DNA of 64,000 nucleotides from a virus (taxonomy: Duplodnaviria > Caudoviricetes), in the IMG/VR virus record IMGVR_UViG_2916441648_000002, positions 1-64,000 of that record. The stretch is one strand, 5' to 3'. Made by a program: the position numbers and the translations under genes. Positions 7,823 to 15,926 of this stretch are shown in pieces; position 1 is the first letter of the stretch, and each line of letters opens with the position of its first letter. Under the pieces are notes generated by a model. That model searched no databases. It was not told the DNA's origin and saw only the letters and a list, made by a program, of their open reading frames with translations.

Positions 7823-10380
7823 TAGCCAGCCTTTCTCCTTACTCCCCAGCCACCAGAAAGAGATTTTGATGTCTTACCCTTCCCGCTTGCCAGATCGTCA
7901 TTCACCATCTTATAGCCGAGCTGAGCGCCATCCCTTACAGCTTGCTTTAGCATCTCGATTGTTCTGGCATCAGGATCCCCATTCACATAAATCTGAGGTG
8001 CGTATGTTCCCCCATTGCCCTCACTGGTCTGCTTATTTACCCGGTCAAGCGTTGCATCCAGTTTTGCACTGGTCTTCGCCGTAGTAACTCGCTCACCTTG
8101 CTGCAACAACCATGTCCCGGTTTCAGGAACGCTATCAATACCATCGTGTGCCATACCGGAAAGGGCTGATACGCTGACACCTGCTACCAGGGGAGCAGTT
8201 ATAGCTGCAGCTGCAGCCATTGATGCAGGCGCAAGCGCTGGGCCAACGATAGGGATTGCCGCTGTTGATGCGTAGGCTGCGAGCTGAGCCTGGAAAGATG
8301 TAGCCTGAGCATTACCTATAAGCGTTCCTGCTGCAGAAGCCTGAGCAGTTTTACCAACCAGCAACTGAACGCCCTGGTACACCAGCCACTGCGCCGCCAT
8401 TTCAGTGAGTGTTTTAATAACAACCTGGCCAAGGTCAGCAAAAATATTACTGAAGAAATCACCTATATCTTCAGCCCCGGTGATTAAGTCCTGAAGGTTA
8501 TCTGCTATGGAAGACGTTGCGCTATCAAGAATAGATGTCATCCCATCGGCAGCAATCTGATAATAGTCAGAAGACTTCTCAGCATAATCATTCAACGAGT
8601 CGAATATTCCGCTTTGCCAGTCCCCCATTTTGTCATCAGATTTTTGGTAATAATCCTCCTGTATTTCGAGACGTTCATTCAGTGCATCCTGCAGCGCCTG
8701 AGTCTCTTGGTCATACAGTGATTTTGTAATATCTCCACTCTGATACTGCTTCTGGAGATCGGCCTGTTTCTCAAGAAACCCGCTCTGGATATCCAGTAAC
8801 TCCTGCATGCGCTGACGGGTTTTCTTGCCCATGCCAGCACCAACAAAATCTGCATCATTGGCAGACTTATCGTTTTGATTTTGCTTTCTGAGATTTGCTG
8901 CGAACTCTGCAAGCTTCAGATTTTCTTCATTGGCCTTTTTGAGAGCATTCAGCCTGTCAACCTCAGTAGCTAATTGCTGAAGCCTCTCCTGCTGCGCGGC
9001 ATTAATGCCGGTTAGCTTGCCAGTTGTTAAATCAAATCTGAGTTTTTCAACCTCAGTTACTTCCTGATTTTTTTTCCCTGTTACGTCTATTAACGCGATT
9101 TGACGCTGATAACTTGTTTCCAGCGCCTTGAATGCAGACTCAAGTTTTTTTGCACCTGCATCAGGGGTGACTTTACCGTTGGTGCCACCAGGTGGAAGAG
9201 CAAATGGCTTGTCTGTCCCTACGGTGGCGGCCCCGAGAGGAAGATTACTTGGCTTTGGTTTTGCTAGTTCGTCCCTAGTTTTTAGCAGATCGTTTAACTC
9301 ATCATTCAATGCCTTAACGCTGTCATCGCCACCAGTAATCCATGCAAACATGGATTTACCCTGGGAATACATTCCATCTCGACCTTCAATATTTTTCTGA
9401 AGGTAAGCGATTCTCTCATTAACCTGGTCGATATTTGTGAGATCGATTTTCCCGCTTAAAGCAGCAAACCGGTTCCTTGTACTTGCTGCCAGTTGCCCTG
9501 CTCCTCCGGCAGCCTTAACCAACCACCCGGCAAGCTCAGCGACCTCAGAGACGAGATCAGAAATGCCCTGCAATACCACAGGATCGGTCAGTACGTCGTG
9601 AAGCTTATCGAGAGAGTTTTGCAATGGTGTAAGGTCAACTTTTGCCAGACCAGCTGCAATCTCCATCTTCAGGCCAGCAACCTGAGCTTCCATGTCTTCG
9701 AATAACTGGTTCACCTTCACCAGATCATCTATTGATGAAGGGTCTGGCGCTACTCCGTAGTCTTTTGCCAGATCAATAAACTGTTTCAGTTTTTCATTAT
9801 TGTTATCAAACAGCGGAAGAAGTTTTGAAAGGTCGTTACCAAGACTTTCCAGAATGGTAGTCTTTTCGGCATTGGTCCCGATCTTACTCAGTGATTCACC
9901 AATCGCCAGAAGCTGTTTGTCAGGGCTTACTTTTGATAATTTCTCAGCAGAAAGGCCAAGCGCATTTAGCGCATCAACAGCCTCTCCTGACTTGTTCAAA
10001 ACCGCGTCGCCAATCTTATCGCCAATATCTTTGAAGATATCGGCCATCTGATCGCCGGATACGCCTGCCTTTTCAGCAGCGAATTGCCAGGCTAAAAGCT
10101 CCTGTGTTGATATCCGTAAAGATTTTGCCCAGCGATCTGTTTCTGTGATCTGCTTTGAAGTGCTTTTCAGCAACTGAAACCCTGCCGCACCTACGGCCAG
10201 ACCAGCAGTTACAGCTGCCGCACCAATACCAGCCAGCGCCGCACTGGCTGATGCCGCATCATCCTGTACCTGTTTACTCCACTTTGCTGAGGCGCGTTCT
10301 GCCTGATTAAGACCTGCAACAAATCCACCCGTTTTTGCAATCAGGTCGATTGTGAGTGTACCGAGATTTTTCCCAGCCAT
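7822..10380 (-). CDS. Tail tape measure protein
   Basis: 852 aa, Ala-rich helical, LGTLTIDLIAKTGGF start and AHDGID C-terminal motif; follows chaperones. Confidence 0.9.
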   Translation of the reverse strand: MAGKNLGTLTIDLIAKTGGFVAGLNQAERASAKWSKQVQDDAASASAALAGIGAAAVTAGLAVGAAGFQLLKSTSKQITETDRWAKSLRISTQELLAWQFAAEKAGVSGDQMADIFKDIGDKIGDAVLNKSGEAVDALNALGLSAEKLSKVSPDKQLLAIGESLSKIGTNAEKTTILESLGNDLSKLLPLFDNNNEKLKQFIDLAKDYGVAPDPSSIDDLVKVNQLFEDMEAQVAGLKMEIAAGLAKVDLTPLQNSLDKLHDVLTDPVVLQGISDLVSEVAELAGWLVKAAGGAGQLAASTRNRFAALSGKIDLTNIDQVNERIAYLQKNIEGRDGMYSQGKSMFAWITGGDDSVKALNDELNDLLKTRDELAKPKPSNLPLGAATVGTDKPFALPPGGTNGKVTPDAGAKKLESAFKALETSYQRQIALIDVTGKKNQEVTEVEKLRFDLTTGKLTGINAAQQERLQQLATEVDRLNALKKANEENLKLAEFAANLRKQNQNDKSANDADFVGAGMGKKTRQRMQELLDIQSGFLEKQADLQKQYQSGDITKSLYDQETQALQDALNERLEIQEDYYQKSDDKMGDWQSGIFDSLNDYAEKSSDYYQIAADGMTSILDSATSSIADNLQDLITGAEDIGDFFSNIFADLGQVVIKTLTEMAAQWLVYQGVQLLVGKTAQASAAGTLIGNAQATSFQAQLAAYASTAAIPIVGPALAPASMAAAAAITAPLVAGVSVSALSGMAHDGIDSVPETGTWLLQQGERVTTAKTSAKLDATLDRVNKQTSEGNGGTYAPQIYVNGDPDARTIEMLKQAVRDGAQLGYKMVNDDLASGKGKTSKSLSGGWGVRRKAG

Positions 10381-10383
10381 AAT

Positions 10384-10695
10384 TTATGTCCACTCCTTCA
10401 TGGCCTCTTCGAGAGTGATCGCGGGCGCGTTGATGTGGGGGGTGAAGTCGGTAATTCTGAAAGGTGGGGTATCTTTACCCCGGTTGACGTTTGCCAGCAC
10501 AGAAGCAACCAAACCGGCAGCCCATTCGGTACGCATCATTGGGTTAAGGCTGCCAAATTTAGAACGGTACGCTGACCAAATTTGATACTCCCTGATGCTC
10601 AATAACTCCTGGGCTTCAGTAATGGTTCTTCCACCTATGCCATTGAGAACTAATTCACACCAGAATTCGTCTTCTGCACTGAGCTCTCCTTTCCC
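10384..10695 (-). CDS. Tail assembly chaperone GT, -1 frameshift extension
   Basis: -1 frame after GGGAAAG (10689-10695) reads GKGELSAEDEFWCELVLNGIGG... and continues open into the 10384-10602 ORF. Confidence 0.8.
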   Translation of the reverse strand, partial: GKGELSAEDEFWCELVLNGIGGRTITEAQELLSIREYQIWSAYRSKFGSLNPMMRTEWAAGLVASVLANVNRGKDTPPFRITDFTPHINAPAITLEEAMKEWT

Positions 10696-11030
10696 AGAGA
10701 GTTAACTTCCTGTATTGCTACGAGCAGGGCAATTGTCAGGCTTCCGTCCAGTGCGCCACGTTCCGGGTCAGCATGACCGGTAATATCATCAGGAGTGAAC
10801 ACAGGATCGCCATTTTCGTCACAAATTGAAGATGCAATGCGTCCAGCAACACCGTCCGATTTCCCAGTTACGGAAAGAATGTCGAACTTTGCCGCATGAA
10901 AACCCATAGGACGAACATAAGTGGTGGCCACATGCTTATTGCCGTCCTTGTCGGTCCACTCAATTTCCTTTTCTACCGGGCGGCCCGTAAATGCACCTAC
11001 ATTTTTAATCGTGTCGAGCGTCAGTTTCAT
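10650..11030 (-). CDS. Tail assembly chaperone G
   Basis: Between tail tube and tape measure; lambda-type slippery site near its end. Confidence 0.85.
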   Translation of the reverse strand: MKLTLDTIKNVGAFTGRPVEKEIEWTDKDGNKHVATTYVRPMGFHAAKFDILSVTGKSDGVAGRIASSICDENGDPVFTPDDITGHADPERGALDGSLTIALLVAIQEVNSLGKESSVQKTNSGVN

Positions 11031-11081
11031 TTCTTTGTTCCGTCAAAAGGCGGGGTTTCCCCCGCTCAGGTTAAATAGAAC

Positions 11082-11579
11082 TTAACTAGTTGGTTGCGCT
11101 TTCGGGATCCATACGCCCTGACCAGAGCGCTGAATAGTCGCGGATGTCTGAACAACGGTGTTAGCCTGGAAGTCAAACGGGAAGTCAGATACATAACCCT
11201 GGAATACATACCAGGTACGGTCGTCTGGAAGAACCAAACCATCAACCGCATCAGGATCGCTCGTGGTCGCCGCAGTCGGAACTGATTCACCGTCTGCCCA
11301 GCCAATCGCGAATGTTAAATTCGCCTGGTCATTTGATTCAGCAAGGTTGCTCAGCAAAAGGTGACTATCGTTCGCTGGGTCAGCGTTCAGAGCAACGGTA
11401 GCCTGTCCAGGAGTACGCAGGCCTTTTTTGTACTGGCGGGTATTCCGTTCACTGAGACAGGTATCCTCAATCTGATCAGCAGGGCTACTGCCGGGTGAAA
11501 ACGAAGTAATACATTCAATTTCGCTCACGACACCATTCGCGAGCACATACATCTGTGTGCCTTGAGTCACTACTGACAT
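11082..11579 (-). CDS. Major tail tube protein
   Basis: Position and motifs [26 protein letters not shown]. Confidence 0.85.
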   Translation of the reverse strand: MSVVTQGTQMYVLANGVVSEIECITSFSPGSSPADQIEDTCLSERNTRQYKKGLRTPGQATVALNADPANDSHLLLSNLAESNDQANLTFAIGWADGESVPTAATTSDPDAVDGLVLPDDRTWYVFQGYVSDFPFDFQANTVVQTSATIQRSGQGVWIPKAQPTS

Positions 11580-11635
11580 AGTTATCTCCGGAAATAAAAA
11601 AACCGGCTCAAGGCCGGTGAGTGGAAGGGTTTGGT

Positions 11636-12004
11636 TTATCGTTTTACAAACCAGTCGACATCAAATGAATATCGGTAACGGTTGGTATTGGGGTCGCGAG
11701 TTTGTCCACCCCAGCGGGTAATATTGGCTTTAGTCTGGATTGCATTTCTGATTGCTTTTGCTACTGAAATGACTTCTTCATCAGTATTGCCATAAATGTC
11801 AACCTGCAGGGAGAAGCGGTCAATATCAGGGATCTGATTGAGGAAGTTTTCTGGCTCTCCACCTGGTATGGTCTGCCACACTGCATAAGGGTAAGTGACA
11901 TTGTCATTTTGCATACCAAATGGATAAAGCCTAACCGGGTCAGAACCGAGAAGATCTGTTACCGCCTGGCTTGCTGCACAAACAGGAAATATCGGGGGGA
12001 TCAT
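11636..12004 (-). CDS. Tail terminator (DUF3168-like)
   Basis: PYAVWQTI and LQVDIY motifs, position. Confidence 0.8.
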   Translation of the reverse strand: MIPPIFPVCAASQAVTDLLGSDPVRLYPFGMQNDNVTYPYAVWQTIPGGEPENFLNQIPDIDRFSLQVDIYGNTDEEVISVAKAIRNAIQTKANITRWGGQTRDPNTNRYRYSFDVDWFVKR

Positions 12005-12570
12005 GTTGGCACTCCTTTTTTCTGAGCGCGCGAGATTGCTCTATCAATGGCCTTTTCAAATTCAGAAGAAAAAGTGCTGATAACTTGCATATCCACACCA
12101 TTCATGGCTGGCCTCAATATTGGATGAGCTTGTGCGTGCTCCGTTCCAAACTCCAAAAAACGCCAATAATAAGTTGCTCCTCCGGGGTTTCCTTTCCCTG
12201 CACCAGATATTTCACCCATGCTTTCCAGAAATGCTTGTCCTAGTCTGGATCTTCGTCTGTCAGATTTTCTTTGGTCTCTGGCTTTTACGTTGGCTCTGGC
12301 ACCACCTAAAACACCGATTCTGAAACCTATGTCTCCGGTAAGTCGATATTTTCTGTTATCAAATTTAGCGACAATGTTTTTATAAATAGCCTCTCGCGTT
12401 AGGGGGTCATCGACCCTTTGTGCATTACCTCTTGCTCTATCCCTGATGATGTTGGCAGCTTTTCTTAGCGCTAGTCTTCCGGCCTTGCTTTGTGTAACTT
12501 CACTTATCGCTGACATTTTACCCAGGAGAGAATCTAGCCCTTCGATATTAACTTCAACACCATCAGCCAT
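12001..12570 (-). CDS. HK97 gp10-family neck protein
   Basis: YYWRFLEFGTEHAQAHPILRPA motif. Confidence 0.85.
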   Translation of the reverse strand: MADGVEVNIEGLDSLLGKMSAISEVTQSKAGRLALRKAANIIRDRARGNAQRVDDPLTREAIYKNIVAKFDNRKYRLTGDIGFRIGVLGGARANVKARDQRKSDRRRSRLGQAFLESMGEISGAGKGNPGGATYYWRFLEFGTEHAQAHPILRPAMNGVDMQVISTFSSEFEKAIDRAISRAQKKGVPT

Positions 12571-12901
12571 CTTTCACCCCCTGAGAACATGGGAGAGTGA
12601 GGTATTCAAGCCCACTATCAGGATCAGGAAGAATCCCCTCTACCGCGTAAATTTTTCCTCGGAAAGTAATCCTGTCCTGATTCTTAATATCCTCCCGATA
12701 TCGTATTTTGACGCGGGCAATTAACTCAACATTAGCGGCCTGAGAGGTGATGAACTCTTTGACGGAAACAGGTGTTACTTCAGCATAAACATCTGCAATT
12801 TTTTCCCAGGAATATGACATAGCGCCGGTAGAAGGGTTTTGCACGCCTGTTCTGCGCTCAATGCTGATCCTGTGCCTCAATTTTCCGAGGTTCATCTTCA
12901 C
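12563..12901 (-). CDS. Head closure protein
   Basis: NLGKLRHRISI start; RVKIRYR motif; position. Confidence 0.85.
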   Translation of the reverse strand: MKMNLGKLRHRISIERRTGVQNPSTGAMSYSWEKIADVYAEVTPVSVKEFITSQAANVELIARVKIRYREDIKNQDRITFRGKIYAVEGILPDPDSGLEYLTLPCSQGVKDG

Positions 12902-13098
12902 CTCACTTTTCTGTCACTCAGGTAAGTTTGCTGAGGGAGGTTATCCTCTTCAACTTCTTCGGCCAGCGTTTGCATTATCAATTTGCAAAGTGACTCATTC
13001 GAGTTGGCCAGACGGTTAATTGCCTCAGTTTGTTTTGTCTGAGCTGCTGTCTGGGCTTTTAGCGCTGCCAGGAGTTCTGTTACGAGTTGCTCGTTCAT
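12898..13098 (-). CDS. Hypothetical protein (66 aa, helical)
   Basis: Stop overlaps head-closure start. Confidence 0.6.
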   Translation of the reverse strand: MNEQLVTELLAALKAQTAAQTKQTEAINRLANSNESLCKLIMQTLAEEVEEDNLPQQTYLSDRKVR

Positions 13099-13159
13099 AG
13101 GCTTTTTTCATCCATTTTTTTATCCATTCACGGCGGCGGGCACAACCTGCACAAGCCAT
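13025..13159 (-). CDS. Micro-ORF, 44 aa, MACAGCARRREWIKKW (not in the ORF track)
   Basis: AAGGAG RBS just upstream of ATG 13159, TGA at 13025-13027; translated by hand. Confidence 0.55.
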   Translation of the reverse strand: MACAGCARRREWIKKWMKKAYERATRNRTPGSAKSPDSSSDKTN

Positions 13160-13168
13160 ATCAACTCC

Positions 13169-13495
13169 TTAAATTATTGTCGGCCTTCGAAGGTCATAAA
13201 TAAGCATGGTGACAGCGTAAGGGAGTTCACCCTGCTTCAGTTTTTCTTCTTCCTCACCGCCGCGGTTCCTGTCCAGATAGCCCAGCAAAACAAGCAAGGC
13301 TGTCTGGCAACGCTTAAGCGGCTCTCCCTCTACCAGAACCCCGGAACTATCTACAACGAGCTCACGACTTCCCTGAATGAAAGACAATATGGCAGCGCTT
13401 CCGCCCTGTATTTTCATCTCAAGATCGGAGTCTCCATAATCATCATCAATTCGAAGGTGAAGCTTTGCTTCGTCAAGGTCTACCAGTTCAATCAT
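13169..13495 (-). CDS. Head-tail connector (HK97 gp6-like)
   Basis: LDEAKLHLRID motif, ALLVLLGYL..NR. Confidence 0.9.
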   Translation of the reverse strand: MIELVDLDEAKLHLRIDDDYGDSDLEMKIQGGSAAILSFIQGSRELVVDSSGVLVEGEPLKRCQTALLVLLGYLDRNRGGEEEEKLKQGELPYAVTMLIYDLRRPTII

Positions 13496-14394
13496 GGTTT
13501 ATCCCTCAGGTCCCGCCCCTTTTTAACTGCAAGCGTCCAACCTTTTGTACCTGGTTCACCTGGCTTATCTGCAGTTTTTTTATTGCAGTGCCATAGCGAA
13601 CCAGCCCAGGTGACGGTGTCTCCAGGTTCGTACTCTTTACCCGCCTTAAATACATCGCGGTAAATGGTGACCGGGATAGCAAAGGTTTTTACGTCAACAA
13701 GTCCGCTAGCTTTTTCAAGTGAGATAGTGAAGAGACGTTCTTCATCCTGCTGGATGTTGACCCCGGCGACACCGTCCACAATGCATTCCCATCCGCGCAT
13801 TCCATCGGTCTTCTGATAAGAACGCCATAGCCCTCCTTTGTGAGTTGCATATGTTCCACGCGGGTAGGATTTTGTTTCATCAATGCACGGTTCTAATTCA
13901 ATTTGCAGTGCATCGCGACCATCGCTGGGGATGACTGGTTCAGGAATCTCAGACACAGCCAACTTCACCGCATCGTTGACCAGTTGCGTAACGTCTGGCA
14001 GATCAGGAGCTACCGGTGCTGGAATTTCGGAGACTGCGGCTTTCACCGTATCGTTGACCAGTTGAATAACGTCAGGCAGGTCAGGAATTACCGGTGCCGG
14101 AATTTCGGCAACGGCGGCCTTCACCGCATCGTTGACCAGTTGCGTAACGTCAGGAAGCTCAGGAATTACCGGTGCTGGAATCTCGGCCACGGCGGACTTA
14201 ACCGCATCGCCTACCAGTTGCGTAATGTCAGGCAACTCTGGCACTACCGGTGCTGGAATATCAGCTACAGCAGCCTTCACCGCATCAGTAACGAGACTCT
14301 TCACTTCCCTTTCAAGCTGAGATTTCATAGCGGTGATGATATCCCTCACCTCTTCACCGATCGCCTGAATGATAGATAATTCGCGCTCATCCAT
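13492..14394 (-). CDS. Tandem-repeat protein with two C-terminal aromatic (CBM5/12-like) motifs
   Basis: Coupled to portal and gp6 genes; 26-aa repeats, then YPRGTYATHKGGLW and YEPGDTVTWAGSLW. Confidence 0.8.
   Translation of the reverse strand: MDERELSIIQAIGEEVRDIITAMKSQLEREVKSLVTDAVKAAVADIPAPVVPELPDITQLVGDAVKSAVAEIPAPVIPELPDVTQLVNDAVKAAVAEIPAPVIPDLPDVIQLVNDTVKAAVSEIPAPVAPDLPDVTQLVNDAVKLAVSEIPEPVIPSDGRDALQIELEPCIDETKSYPRGTYATHKGGLWRSYQKTDGMRGWECIVDGVAGVNIQQDEERLFTISLEKASGLVDVKTFAIPVTIYRDVFKAGKEYEPGDTVTWAGSLWHCNKKTADKPGEPGTKGWTLAVKKGRDLRDKP
13927..14295 (-). repeat. About 4.7 tandem copies of a 78-bp (26-aa) coding repeat
   Basis: Unit LV(T/G/N)D(A/T)VKxAVxEIPAPVxP(E/D)LPD(V/I)xQ at aa 34, 60, 86, 112 and 138 (last partial). 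Confidence 0.95.
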
Positions 14395-15724
14395 TGTTAA
14401 TAATCCCTCTCAGTGAAGTTTTTACGAATGACTTTTCAACCAGAGAAATGGCTGATTTCGCAGGTGGCGTAGGATCAGAAGTATTTTTACCAAATGGGTT
14501 ATCTGACGCATCGCGCCTTGCAAGTGCAGGGAGGCTGAAGTTTTGCTGTTGCAGGTAAAGAGCATCTCCACCTTCAACAGGTGGAAGGTTTTCACTTTTT
14601 CTTGCTTCGTTAGGTGTAAGAATTGTGTTTTTAACCCCTTCACCAAGTGCTTTCATTCTGCGTTCGCTATCCATGCGCAGCAATGCTCCAATATCAAGCT
14701 CAACACGCTTATTTTGGCCAAGTTCGAAGGTTTCCTTAAGCAATGCCTCAATTGACTCAATGAGCACCTGAAGGCACTGTGAATAGTATTGCTGTTCAAG
14801 TGCCTCCACGTTGTCAGAACTTGGGATTTCACCGACTCCAGCCTTATATGCCGGTACGTGAAATGCTGAGCAAACCATTTCAGCAGAAAGTTTTTGCTGT
14901 TCTACCGTCTGTGCATCCACTGCAGACATGGTAATTGCTTTATATTCAGCTCCACCAGATAGCAGCCCAGTTTTACCTGCGTTCTCACCGGTATAACCTA
15001 CATCCCATGCCGCCTTAATTTCTTTTGCTTTTTCAGCATCAACAGCGCCAGGGATGGTAATCACGCCGCTGGGCTTACCGCCGTTTTTAAAGAAGAATGC
15101 TGAACTTTCCTGAATGTGTTTACCCTGCATTGCAGCCAAGCCACAGGCGTAGATAGGTGAAATACCAATCAGTGGGTGAAACAGGCAGTTAAAACGGTCA
15201 TGAATGATCTCTCGTGCCGGCACCGTAACCTGTGTAGGGAGGCCGCTAATCTGGTCAGGGCTAATCTGATAAAATACAGAGCCATCATCAGCAACCAGAG
15301 GGATAACTTTATCCGGATCAAGAATGCGAAGTTCTGTAATCTTTCCTGCACTGTTTTTTACCTTCATCACGTATGTATTACCGCGTGAAAGCTTAGAGTT
15401 CATCCATGTTTCAAAGAACTGAATCGTGTTCTGAAACTGGTTTGGTTTGGTGATAAGAGTATCGAAACTGGCATCAGAAACATCCTTCCAGATACCGTTA
15501 GAATCCTTTGACTGAATAGCAGGTGACATCTTAGAAATGTCACTTGCTATTAACGTAATGCAGGAAAACACTGCATAGTATGAAAGTACAGTTTCATTCC
15601 TTACTTCCATATTACGCTGCCATGCCCCACCAAATGGCTCACGAACGTAAGAAAAAAGTGGAGTCCATACGCCGGATGGTGGTTGCTGTAGTGCTTTCTC
15701 TTTCCGTCTAAAAGGGTTCCACAT
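14387..15724 (-). CDS. Portal protein, HK97 family
   Basis: 445 aa; IIHDR, GISPI, NGGKPSGVI, LTPNEARKSENLPPVEGGD motifs. Confidence 0.92.
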   Translation of the reverse strand: MWNPFRRKEKALQQPPSGVWTPLFSYVREPFGGAWQRNMEVRNETVLSYYAVFSCITLIASDISKMSPAIQSKDSNGIWKDVSDASFDTLITKPNQFQNTIQFFETWMNSKLSRGNTYVMKVKNSAGKITELRILDPDKVIPLVADDGSVFYQISPDQISGLPTQVTVPAREIIHDRFNCLFHPLIGISPIYACGLAAMQGKHIQESSAFFFKNGGKPSGVITIPGAVDAEKAKEIKAAWDVGYTGENAGKTGLLSGGAEYKAITMSAVDAQTVEQQKLSAEMVCSAFHVPAYKAGVGEIPSSDNVEALEQQYYSQCLQVLIESIEALLKETFELGQNKRVELDIGALLRMDSERRMKALGEGVKNTILTPNEARKSENLPPVEGGDALYLQQQNFSLPALARRDASDNPFGKNTSDPTPPAKSAISLVEKSFVKTSLRGIINNG

Positions 15725-15894
15725 CAGCCATTCTCCGCGTTTTCTTTTTTGTTTTTACGCACCTCTGCTTTTTTGCCGGTTACGTATTCCGCTTTTTTCA
15801 GCAGAACCAGTACCTTTGCGCACTGGTCATTCACAATTTTCTCATCGCCTGGCAATGAGTCATGTGTACGCTGAAGGTATCTGATTTTTGCCAT
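15724..15894 (-). CDS. Small basic hypothetical protein (56 aa, MAKIRYLQRTHD)
   Basis: Hand translation; its TGA overlaps the portal ATG (TGATG). Confidence 0.7.
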   Translation of the reverse strand: MAKIRYLQRTHDSLPGDEKIVNDQCAKVLVLLKKAEYVTGKKAEVRKNKKENAENG

Positions 15895-15926
15895 CTGAAA
15901 TGGCGGGGTTTCCCCCGCCCTCCTGT

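Noticed and set aside
13927-14295. CRISPR-like or DGR repeat array
   Set aside because: Units are contiguous, in-frame 78-bp coding repeats without spacers; no cas or reverse transcriptase gene in the window.
13903-14379. 158-aa plus-strand repetitive ORF
   Set aside because: Antisense shadow of the repeat gene; no RBS.
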